A stretch of DNA of 64,000 nucleotides from Bacteroidales bacterium (GTDB lineage Bacteria; Bacteroidota; Bacteroidia; Bacteroidales; UBA1715). The position numbers and the translations under genes were made by a program. The notes under the pieces are model-generated. The model saw nothing but the letters and a program-made list of their open reading frames with translations, was not told where the DNA came from and did no database searches. Location: positions 918 to 64,917 of the forward strand of contig JAKSUA010000012.1 in NCBI GenBank assembly GCA_024409235.1. Direction: 5' to 3'. This document shows positions 1 to 8,163 of this stretch, in pieces (position 1 is the first letter of the stretch; every line of letters begins with the position of its first letter).

Positions 1-3000
1 GACATTTCTATCGTTTGTAATGAGAATCCTAAAATTGAAGAACTTCCGCTTGTTGTAGTTACGCTAATGCCATCAGGCAAATCTATACCTACAATAAGAT
101 TATCCATCGGTTCTAATGAATTGTTCGTTATCGTTACTGTAATTTGTCCTTCGGCAATTCCTCCCGACTGAATAGCAGTAAATGATGAACTTGCAGCCGT
201 TACACCTACCATTTGTATTTGTTCAAGACCTTCAAGAGGTAAATGATATAAGAATTTTTTTTCTTGTAGTTCGCCACAATTTCCCAATGCAGAGACCTTA
301 AATTCTATCGGTTCAATCACGGTATTGTCAGTGCAATTAACAACTAATGAAAAGGATGAATTAATAATATTATTATTGTCTATTCGAAACGGTAATTCTG
401 CCTCACTTTCGTCCCCTATGAGTTTTTTCGAATAAACAGCGTTTGTATCTTTATCTTTGATATTTGCAAGTACATCATCCAAATTTATATTTATTCTTTT
501 ATGGTTGTATTCGTTATAAATTAAGTTATTTGCAATATTTACACCAGTTGGGAAAGATTTCTCCGACATTATTAATCCAACATTAGAAAGATTTGCCCTG
601 CCTGAATTATAAATATCAAGATGAATCGGTATTTCCTGACATAATTTGAATTTTGTACCATCTGTTGGATAACTTGCTTCTGCAACAAGCACAGCCTCCA
701 TATTTTCAAGTTCCAATTGAGTAAAGAAATTATTGCAGTTTCGCAATTCAAATTCTTCGGCAATATTTGCCGTATTTATAATATCTTCACAAGTCCAAAT
801 TGCAGTCACATCCAAATAACTTGTCCCCACTCCCGTACAACCACTCATTGTGATAGTAACTCTTACAGGAATATTATTATTAACAATAATTTTACCAATA
901 TTCACATAAATAATATCACTATTGGTGGGATATTCTATAAAAGAAATATCTTCATCATTAACTGTGATTCGTGCAACTTGTAACCCTGTCACATTATTTT
1001 CATTCGGTTTTATCCGTAGAGTTACATTTGGAGCATCTGCATTGCCAACATTTTTTACAAATACATTCCATGTTGTAAGTCTGGAAACGCCCTGTTCAAC
1101 AGAAGAATTCATTTCAATAATAGGAGCGTATATAGTCTGCACAGAGGCAAGATCATGAGTAAAAGTTTCATTTTCAGAACATGAAGCATAGTAATCACTA
1201 TATGTATATGAACCTTTTAATGTTCCGTTATACGAACTATCACCTGTTACACAAAGTGCACGTGCATTTATGCTAAATTGAGCTCTCTGGGTTGTCGTTC
1301 TGGTAGCAAAGCCCACTTGATTTTCTATATTTGTTTCAAATGCATTCCCCACTTCCGACGGTGTCGTGTAGTAGAAACCTTCAACGGCAGGAAGTTGAAC
1401 ATTGAGTAATCGTACAGGGTGGTTTATTACAGTTTCTGCAGATTGAGTAGTCGTTATAGAAGCAGTTATGTTCTCAGAAACTCTTGTAGGATAGAGTGTA
1501 GAAGAATTATGAGTAGGTTCTGGGTCAAATACAACCAATGAAGAACCTTTACTATTTGCTGTATGAATGATATTTTCGTCATCTTCTATAGCAAACTCCA
1601 CACGTAGGTTACAGTCGCTCCTATTGGGCAGAGAGTGATTCCCCTTTACAAAAACCTCTGCTGTCAATTGTAAAGGAATATGATTCAATGTTCCAGAGCA
1701 TGGGAACGACATCTCATTGGATGCCCAAGCAATACCATTATTAATCACATTTTCACTTAATGGCAATATAGTATATGACGAACCATTTACAGAAATAGAA
1801 CATGAAACTGATTCCAATTGTAAATTTCCTTCCAAATCATATACTCGTGCTATAATTCTCCGAGGCATAGGACATGTATCATTACATAGATATGCAAGTT
1901 CACCAATTGCGTTAACAGTAAACGTTTCACAGGTGTTTATTTCTTGAGGAACGACGGAAGAAACCTCAATTGTATGAACAGACATGCAGGTGTTACCTTG
2001 CAAAGAGTCAGGACATTCAACAATAGAATTTCCCATTTTGTTATCGCTGATATAGAATTCGTCGCAATCATTGGTTTTAACTACAAGATTGAATAATTGC
2101 GGGTTATAGCATGATGCTATGATATCTATGGAATCTGAAGATCTTATGTTGCTATTCGTTCTTTCATATCTTTTGACTATTGTACTATCATACATAATAC
2201 CTATGTAATCAACATCCATAAAACCCCTTCCTTGTTGAAAAAAATTTTGTGTGGACAAATTTACATCAACATTATATGTTGCTACATCACCACTTTTGCT
2301 ATCGGTTGGAGAGGTTACAGAAAATGAGTTCACATAGAGACGACTCGCCACAGAATAAGACCCCGATATTGTTCGTTCCTCTACAGTTTCACCCCTTAAA
2401 ATAATCCAAAACATTACTTTGTCAACATTTCTAAAAAATCTTGCTCTGACACGAATTATACAACTATCTTGAGGTATTAAATCAGGAGTCCCATCGCCAT
2501 CAACATCAGCAGTTGGAAGCAAATAGTTCTTTTTTGAATCTGGGACCAATTCCATTCCGTTATATTGTACGGAGCTAACTATATATTCATTTCCCTCCCC
2601 AGAAAAATAAAAATATGCATTTTTTAGGGTATTTGTTAGTTCTGTATTTTGTGTGGCATTTTTTATGACAACATCACATATAAATTCCCTTCCGCAATAA
2701 TTAGCCTGTTGTATTATAGTGCCATCAACTATTAACTCAATATTAGGTTCGTTACATTGATAATCACAAATTGCCGATGCATTTATTTGTTCATTACATA
2801 CATCAGAGCCATTCTTTACTTGGGCAAGATATTTTGCCTGTGTTTGTAAATAGAATTTCGTTGGTATGAAAGAAACGACAACATTCAATTGTTGATTTGC
2901 ATCAAATGTATCACCCAATCCCGCCTGTTGAAAATCGGAAGAAGAAAGGTCAATGTAATATTTCCCATCTTCTACTTCTGCGTTTCGGAACTGTCCTCCA

Positions 3001-3686
3001 ACAACAGAAAATTTAACATCTGAAAATGCATCAACATTTTGCATAAGTAGCATTGCCACACGCAAATTGGAAATAGAACCTGCACCTGCTGCGTTTTTTA
3101 TAGTAAACGTATCTGTTACAGGTGTTTGCCATACTATTTCTTTTATATTATTGTGTACATTACTATTCGCTTTACCAATTGTGAGAGATAAACTTGGAAT
3201 TTCTAATTTAAAATCATTTGTTTTTTTCTCTAGGTTTTTAATCGTATCGTGTTCCGTATAATTTATCAGCAAATTATTAGAGAAGAACACCGAGAATTGA
3301 TTGGAGATATTTGTTGGCACGGCATCACAATTAACTCGTATGCAGTAATTTAACAGATACGATTCGGCTGGTTTTAACGTATCGTTTAACTGCATTGAAA
3401 CTGAGTTAGACGCCAATGTTGTCCCGTTTTTTACCAAAGACAACGAAACCAAATCGAAACCTTCGGGTATTTGCAGTTGTATACTGTCAATAAACATACC
3501 GCTACCGTCGGTGGCTGTATTGGCAATGTTCGTAACAAAACGGGCTTGCTCATTTCCTGCAAAATTCATTGGTTCTGATGGATTGGTAGTTGCGACATTC
3601 AATGCCGTGTGTTGTTGCTGAGCAAATGCAACACTAAAGATTCCAACTACAAAACAGAATGTTAAGAATAAATGTTTGAGTTTCAT
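1..3686 (-). CDS. Large secreted/surface protein (>1,228 aa, 3' end outside window), adhesin- or T9SS-cargo-like, with Ig-like/DUF11-like segments
   Basis: Not in the ORF track (no stop inside the window). Manual translation from ATG 3686: MKLKHLFLTFCFVVGIFSVAFA-QQQHT (signal peptide, Gln at +1). The frame was open wherever spot-checked down to position 3. Contains DVDGDGTPD (~2480-2510) and ITVTITNNSLEPMDNLIVGIDLPDGISV near the edge. Confidence 0.85.
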   Translation of the reverse strand, partial: MKLKHLFLTFCFVVGIFSVAFAQQQHTALNVATTNPSEPMNFAGNEQARFVTNIANTATDGSGMFIDSIQLQIPEGFDLVSLSLVKNGTTLASNSVSMQLNDTLKPAESYLLNYCIRVNCDAVPTNISNQFSVFFSNNLLINYTEHDTIKNLEKKTNDFKLEIPSLSLTIGKANSNVHNNIKEIVWQTPVTDTFTIKNAAGAGSISNLRVAMLLMQNVDAFSDVKFSVVGGQFRNAEVEDGKYYIDLSSSDFQQAGLGDTFDANQQLNVVVSFIPTKFYLQTQAKYLAQVKNGSDVCNEQINASAICDYQCNEPNIELIVDGTIIQQANYCGREFICDVVIKNATQNTELTNTLKNAYFYFSGEGNEYIVSSVQYNGMELVPDSKKNYLLPTADVDGDGTPDLIPQDSCIIRVRARFFRNVDKVMFWIILRGETVEERTISGSYSVASRLYVNSFSVTSPTDSKSGDVATYNVDVNLSTQNFFQQGRGFMDVDYIGIMYDSTIVKRYERTNSNIRSSDSIDIIASCYNPQLFNLVVKTNDCDEFYISDNKMGNSIVECPDSLQGNTCMSVHTIEVSSVVPQEINTCETFTVNAIGELAYLCNDTCPMPRRIIARVYDLEGNLQLESVSCSISVNGSSYTILPLSENVINNGIAWASNEMSFPCSGTLNHIPLQLTAEVFVKGNHSLPNRSDCNLRVEFAIEDDENIIHTANSKGSSLVVFDPEPTHNSSTLYPTRVSENITASITTTQSAETVINHPVRLLNVQLPAVEGFYYTTPSEVGNAFETNIENQVGFATRTTTQRAQFSINARALCVTGDSSYNGTLKGSYTYSDYYASCSENETFTHDLASVQTIYAPIIEMNSSVEQGVSRLTTWNVFVKNVGNADAPNVTLRIKPNENNVTGLQVARITVNDEDISFIEYPTNSDIIYVNIGKIIVNNNIPVRVTITMSGCTGVGTSYLDVTAIWTCEDIINTANIAEEFELRNCNNFFTQLELENMEAVLVAEASYPTDGTKFKLCQEIPIHLDIYNSGRANLSNVGLIMSEKSFPTGVNIANNLIYNEYNHKRININLDDVLANIKDKDTNAVYSKKLIGDESEAELPFRIDNNNIINSSFSLVVNCTDNTVIEPIEFKVSALGNCGELQEKKFLYHLPLEGLEQIQMVGVTAASSSFTAIQSGGIAEGQITVTITNNSLEPMDNLIVGIDLPDGISVTTTSGSSSILGFSLQTIEM

Positions 3687-3726
3687 ATATAGTTTTATTT
3701 TTTAAAAAAGAAAATTTTCACGATTA

Positions 3727-3734
3727 CAAATATA
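3727..3734 (-). promoter_or_regulatory. Bacteroidota -7 promoter element for the large secreted protein
   Basis: TATATTTG on the minus strand matches TAnnTTTG, ~40 bp upstream of ATG 3686. Confidence 0.6.
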
Positions 3735-4032
3735 AAGACATTTTTGCAGAAAAAAATTTCTCTATTGGATTTTATTTTTTTGATTTTCATAAATCAAATT
3801 TTAGTGTAGAAAATACACTTTAAACAATGAAACATAATGAAAATCAAAATGTTTTAAGGGGGGAGAGGATTTTGTACTTGTTTGATAAAAGACATATGCA
3901 AAATCAAGAAAAAAATATAAAAATAAAAGAAATGCAAAAATATACATAAACTATTTTTTTACCATATAGTTTATGGTATAAATCAAAAACGAATGGTATT
4001 TTGTTGTGTTTAGTATAAAAAAGAAAATTTTT

Positions 4033-5298
4033 ATGGGTTATTACAAAGAAAAAGAGATAGAAGATTTTAGTCGAGGATATAGTTTACCTGATGAAAACAA
4101 ATGTTTATGTACGAGGCATTATAAAGACGTATATTTAAGGAATTATGTCCAAACACATAGTCATAAAGGTGTTTGCTGTTACTGTAATAAAAAGACAGAT
4201 GTAATCAACCTTTCTGATTTTGTGAAATATACGATGGACAGGATAAGACAATATTATACAACTCCTGATGAAGACGGACTATATTTAGAAAAAACGTTTT
4301 ATGATGATGATGAGATTATTCCAGGTTTGAAAAGAGTGAATGGTTATGTGACACGTGAAAATGCAAAAACTTTTGATAGTGTAGAAGAACTTTTAGTGGA
4401 AATAGATTTGATTTCTGATAACGAAGCATTAGACCAAGATATACAAAATTGTTTTCTTCAAGAAGAATGGATACAGAAAGATTCTGTTATTAGAACTGTA
4501 GATGAAGAATTGACAGACCTGTGGGGAGAATTTACATCTATGGTAATTCATCAAAGACGCTTTACCTTTTATATGTTACCTCAATTTGACGAAACTTATC
4601 ATTCAGAGGAAAATGGGCTACAAGATATTTTAACAGAAATATCAAAATCAATTAGTGATTTAGGGTTATATAACACATTGCAATGCAAAACAACGTTATA
4701 TAGGTGTCGATATATTGACAGCAAAAGCGAAGTGAAAGCGTTTGATGATTTGACATCGCCACCTAACGATAAGGCAAGTGAGAACCGAATGAATCCTATG
4801 GGTATATCTATGTTTTATGGCGCGTTTGACCGAGATACGGCAAAAGAAGAAGCACGAGATTCTGCAAAGAAATTTTGTGCAATAGGTGAATTTAATACAA
4901 AACAAGAACTGACAATATTAGATTTAACTCAACTTCCAGAAAAAAGTTTTTGGGCTAATCATTGGCAGGAACTGAGTTTTCTTCAGTCTTTCTCAAGAAA
5001 AATTTCAAAATCCATAGACGAAAAGAGTAAATATAGCTACGTACCAACACAAATTTTTGCAGAATACATTAGATATTGTTGTCGCCATAAAGGGAAGAAA
5101 ATAGATGGTATAATATATAAAAGTTCAAAGGGCGTAATGAGTAAAAATATTGTGCTGTTTTACGACCAAAAAGACAGTGCAAACGTGTTGGAACTGAAGA
5201 ATTGGGAGATACAGAATAATAAAACGAGGAATTTGTCGCTGATATTTGACAATCCTCCATCATTAGTAGTAAAAAAGTATGATGGAAAGATAGTTTAG
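4033..5298 (+). CDS. RES-domain protein with N-terminal Cys/His Zn-ribbon-like region (HEPN/RES-associated NTD type)
   Basis: CLCTRH...CCYC N-terminus; RES motifs LYRCR, NRMNPMGISMFYGA...TAKEE, YVPTQIFAEYIR...DGIIYKSS. ATG 4033 preferred over GTG 4006. Confidence 0.85.
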   Translation: MGYYKEKEIEDFSRGYSLPDENKCLCTRHYKDVYLRNYVQTHSHKGVCCYCNKKTDVINLSDFVKYTMDRIRQYYTTPDEDGLYLEKTFYDDDEIIPGLKRVNGYVTRENAKTFDSVEELLVEIDLISDNEALDQDIQNCFLQEEWIQKDSVIRTVDEELTDLWGEFTSMVIHQRRFTFYMLPQFDETYHSEENGLQDILTEISKSISDLGLYNTLQCKTTLYRCRYIDSKSEVKAFDDLTSPPNDKASENRMNPMGISMFYGAFDRDTAKEEARDSAKKFCAIGEFNTKQELTILDLTQLPEKSFWANHWQELSFLQSFSRKISKSIDEKSKYSYVPTQIFAEYIRYCCRHKGKKIDGIIYKSSKGVMSKNIVLFYDQKDSANVLELKNWEIQNNKTRNLSLIFDNPPSLVVKKYDGKIV

Positions 5299-5449
5299 AG
5301 GATAAATGGGATAAAATTGTAAAAACAAGTGATATGAAAAACCTAATTTTAGTAGGATATATGTTTTTTTTTATTTCTATCAATTTTTCAAATAGTAGTA
5401 ACGTTTTTGAAGAAAATTTCGTATATTGTAGAAAAAATATATTAAAATT

Positions 5450-6127
5450 ATGAATGGTATCATTGCAATAATAACAGATGTTTTAACTTGGATTCCCTAT
5501 TTAGTAATCTTGGTGTTGTTCTTTAGCAAGAAAGTTCTTAACTTTGATATTATAGATTATTTCAGGGATAAGAATATTCGGCATTACCAAGCAGAGTTAG
5601 ACAAAGAGTTGGAAAATCACAAAATAGAATTAGAAAAGGATTTGGAAAACTACAAGTCGGAACTTGAGGCAAAGAAACTTGAATTACAGGAGAGATTAAC
5701 ATTTCAGATAGAGTGCAATAAAATAAAGTTGGAACCATTACAAGCAGAAAGATTGACAGCCATTAAGGACGTTTATGCGGAATTGACAAAATTGTATGGT
5801 AATGTAAAAGGCTATACTGCATTATTTAGACCTGCCAATGGAAAAAGTAAAGAGGAGCAAATAGAAGACATCAACAACAGCCTAAAGAATCTTTCTGAAT
5901 GTTGGATAAGTAGAAAATTATTTTTCCCAAAAGAAATGGCAGACTTAATAGATTCATTTATAAGAGAATGTTGCTCAAAAGCACGTTTAACATCATGGAT
6001 AGGAACATCTCCAGGGAAAGAGGCTTGGAAAGAACAGGAGAAAATTGATAAATACGTCACGGAAGATATGCCTAAGGTATTGAATGCCATAGAGGATAAA
6101 TTTAGGAAAATTCTTGGCATAGAATAA
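5450..6127 (+). CDS. Hypothetical protein: N-terminal TM helix followed by coiled coil
   Basis: Hydrophobic residues 3-26; ELDKELENHKI/ELEKDLENYKS/ELEAKKLELQE repeats. Confidence 0.75.
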   Translation: MNGIIAIITDVLTWIPYLVILVLFFSKKVLNFDIIDYFRDKNIRHYQAELDKELENHKIELEKDLENYKSELEAKKLELQERLTFQIECNKIKLEPLQAERLTAIKDVYAELTKLYGNVKGYTALFRPANGKSKEEQIEDINNSLKNLSECWISRKLFFPKEMADLIDSFIRECCSKARLTSWIGTSPGKEAWKEQEKIDKYVTEDMPKVLNAIEDKFRKILGIE

Positions 6128-6157
6128 ATTCAGAAACAAATTTATTTATAGTATTTC

Positions 6158-6380
6158 GACCTTTCTTTGAGCAAATTAAACTGCGAATCGACCAAAATCC
6201 GACAATTTTAGACCGTGAACCGATAAAAAACTGACAAGGAATTGACGGTGATTTGACTCAAAACGTCAATTCACAATCAAATCACGGTCAAAGCCCAATC
6301 AAATCACCGTCGATTCATAGTCAAATCACAGTCTAAATTGGTCAACGCACAATCAAGTCACGGTCAAAGCACTGTCGAAC
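6158..6380. repeat. Bidirectional array of ~21 degenerate 11-bp units (consensus ~RTCAAATCACN) around a TTGAC-N7-GTCAA dyad
   Basis: GA dinucleotides at 6158, 6169, 6190, 6201, 6211, 6222, 6233, 6244, 6255; TC dinucleotides at 6266, 6277, 6288, 6299, 6310, 6321, 6332, 6342, 6353, 6364, 6375. Confidence 0.85.
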
Positions 6381-7573
6381 TAATGTGCAAGCACGTAATC
6401 TATAACTTTTCGGTTGGCTTCGTCGGTTCGTTTCCAATCGTATGAAATATAATGTCGTCCCGCCACGCTTTGGTCGGTGTGTCCCAACGATTTTGAGATG
6501 ACCTTTTCGTCAATGCCAAGTTGGTCGGCATACGTTGCCCACGAATATCGGGCGTAATACATAGAAAGTTCAGGGTAGCCAATTCGTTTCCCTATTTCTT
6601 TTATTCGATGTTTCAGATAGCCATTAAATGTTTCATAGTCTGTTTTATATGTTTCGGCAAGATTTACAATATAATTCACCCCTTCATATTTATCAATAAT
6701 TGCTTTTGCTTCGGGTTGAAGTTTTAGTTTTATAGGGTCGGGTTCGTGGTGAGCAATCTTTTTGCGAACAAAAACAAGACGGTCTTTTTTTAACACCTCT
6801 TTTTTCCACGAAAAAATATCGTTTACATTAACTCCGCAGAGATAAAACGAAAGTAGAAACATATCACGAGCCAATTCTCGAAGTTTTTCTTGCTTCGTAA
6901 ACTTCAAATCTTGTAATTTTTGCATATACTCTAATGGCAAATACTCCTTTTCTTTGTGTACAACTTTTATTTTGAACTTGCGGAATGGATAACAATCTGT
7001 TAGTTCATCATCAATGGCACGGTTAAAAATGGTACGTATGTTACGAAAATTAATTCCACGAGCCGACACCCCCATTGTCTTACTCCATTTATCATCCATT
7101 GAGTGAAGTACGCCTGCTGTTATGTCTTCAAACAGAACCGTTTTACCGCCAAAAAATTCGTCAACCAAACGAAGTGTGTATTCATAAACACGTCGAGTTG
7201 CACCTTGATATTTTTCTGCGTGTTTCTTTGCATACGATGTAAAACTAACATCAGACAAATTGTTGATTTCTTCACTCAACATCATTTTTTTCAATTCCAC
7301 AGCAGATAATTTAGCGGAACGTCCTTTCAGTGCATTTAAGCGAGCACGGTATTCTGTCAATAGGGAATACAATTCTGCATTTAATGATTTTGCATTTGGA
7401 TTTGAAAGACGAATCGGACGTTTCTCGTCTTGTGCGTTATAGTCCTCCTCCTTAATAAAAACACCCGATGAAAATGATGTTGGTTTTGTGTTATGCACCA
7501 TTCTAAAAATTAAAGGGCATTTGTTGTCCTTGTTTCTGTATCGAGAATCTAATACCAAATTGATTGTTGCCAT
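6380..7573 (-). CDS. Tyrosine recombinase/phage-type integrase (arm-binding NTD, SAM-like core-binding domain, catalytic domain)
   Basis: MATINLVLDSR...PLIFRM arm-binding-type N-terminus; RNIRTIFNRA; FYLCGVNVND; YYARYSWAT; LGH; RHY. Lies directly downstream of tRNA-Gly. Confidence 0.93.
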   Translation of the reverse strand: MATINLVLDSRYRNKDNKCPLIFRMVHNTKPTSFSSGVFIKEEDYNAQDEKRPIRLSNPNAKSLNAELYSLLTEYRARLNALKGRSAKLSAVELKKMMLSEEINNLSDVSFTSYAKKHAEKYQGATRRVYEYTLRLVDEFFGGKTVLFEDITAGVLHSMDDKWSKTMGVSARGINFRNIRTIFNRAIDDELTDCYPFRKFKIKVVHKEKEYLPLEYMQKLQDLKFTKQEKLRELARDMFLLSFYLCGVNVNDIFSWKKEVLKKDRLVFVRKKIAHHEPDPIKLKLQPEAKAIIDKYEGVNYIVNLAETYKTDYETFNGYLKHRIKEIGKRIGYPELSMYYARYSWATYADQLGIDEKVISKSLGHTDQSVAGRHYISYDWKRTDEANRKVIDYVLAH

Positions 7574-7598
7574 AGTTCTATCTCTTTTTATGTTAAAA

Positions 7599-7670
7599 TT
7601 TTTCGCAAGTTTTTCGCAAGTTTTTTCGGTTTACACCTATTTACGTTATTTTACATAAATTTTCCTAACT
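7599..7670. repeat. Tandem TTTTTCGCAAG x2 (11-bp period) plus TTAC motifs at 10-bp period; candidate att-arm sites
   Basis: tttttcgcaag-tttttcgcaag-ttttttcgg, then ttacacctat/ttacgttatt/ttacataaat/tttcctaact. Confidence 0.6.
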
Positions 7671-7680
7671 TGTTCATTCA

Positions 7681-7688
7681 CAAAGATA
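7681..7688 (-). promoter_or_regulatory. -7 promoter element for the integrase
   Basis: TATCTTTG on the minus strand. Confidence 0.55.
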
Positions 7689-7720
7689 TACATAAAAATG
7701 GGGTATTTTCTAAAAAAGGC

Positions 7721-7752
7721 AAAAAAAAAGCACTTACGTCTGTAAGTGCTTG
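7721..7752 (-). terminator. Intrinsic terminator after tRNA-Gly
   Basis: AAGCACTTAC-agac-GTAAGTGCTT followed by a T run on the minus strand. Confidence 0.75.
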
Positions 7753-7762
7753 ATTATCAGTG

Positions 7763-7835
7763 AGCGGGAAACGAGACTCGAACCCGCGACCCTTAGCTTG
7801 GAAGGCTAATGCTCTACCAACTGAGCTACTCCCGC
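7763..7835 (-). tRNA. tRNA-Gly (TCC)
   Basis: GCGGGAGTAGCTCAGTTGGTAGAGC...CTTCCAA...GGTTCGAGTC...TTCCCGCT cloverleaf. Confidence 0.97.
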
Positions 7836-7840
7836 TTGAG

Positions 7841-7922
7841 TGGGGATGGGTGGACTCGAACCACCGAACTCGAAAGAGGAGAGATTTACAGTCTCTTGTC
7901 GTTGCCGCTGGACAACATCCCC
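7841..7922 (-). tRNA. tRNA-Tyr (GTA)
   Basis: GGGGATG/CATCCCC acceptor stem, AGAGA-CTGTAAA-TCTCT anticodon arm, long variable arm. Confidence 0.95.
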
Positions 7923-7935
7923 AAACAAAAAATTG

Positions 7936-8009
7936 AGCCTCTTGTCGGATTCGAACCAACGACCCCGAGATTACAAATCACGTGCTCTGGCCAGCTGAGC
8001 TAAAGAGGC
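7936..8009 (-). tRNA. tRNA-Thr (TGT)
   Basis: GCCTCTTTAGCTCAGCTGG...TTTGTAA...GTTCGAATC...AAGAGGCT. Confidence 0.96.
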
Positions 8010-8052
8010 AATTCTTGTTTATGTAAAGAACGTTGCTTTCGTAAAAGCAGTG

Positions 8053-8060
8053 CAAATGTA
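8053..8060 (-). promoter_or_regulatory. -7 promoter element of the tRNA cluster
   Basis: TACATTTG on the minus strand with TTG ~20 bp upstream. Confidence 0.65.
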
Positions 8061-8163
8061 AGAAAATTTTTATTTGTGTCAATAGTTTTGAAAAAAATAA
8101 CAAAAAAAAATATTCATCACAAATCTTTTCTATTTTCGCATTCGTAAAAAATACGGTGTTGCT

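Larger units (their letters stand above)
4033..7763. mobile_element. Integrative element/genomic island at the 3' end of tRNA-Gly(TCC); far boundary not identified
   Basis: Integrase immediately 3' of the tRNA, arm-like repeats between them, accessory cargo. No duplicated tRNA 3' end seen between 1 and 7760. Confidence 0.6.

Noticed and set aside
572-3261. Short track ORFs (572-763, 717-983, 922-1158, 1717-1947, 3067-3261)
   Set aside because: Shadows of the large minus-strand gene 1-3686.
5299-5449. Searched for attC-like or repeated cassette boundaries between RES and the membrane orphan
   Set aside because: No inverted repeat or copy of the 11-bp motif found, so an integron-like cassette array is not directly supported.
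6158-6380. CRISPR array or long RNA hairpin interpretation of the 11-bp lattice
   Set aside because: No 23-47-bp constant repeats with unique spacers and no cas genes; the arms match only 4-8 of 11 positions per unit, too weak for a continuous stem.
7678-8003. ORFs 7678-7959 and 7809-8003
   Set aside because: Overlap the three tRNA genes.
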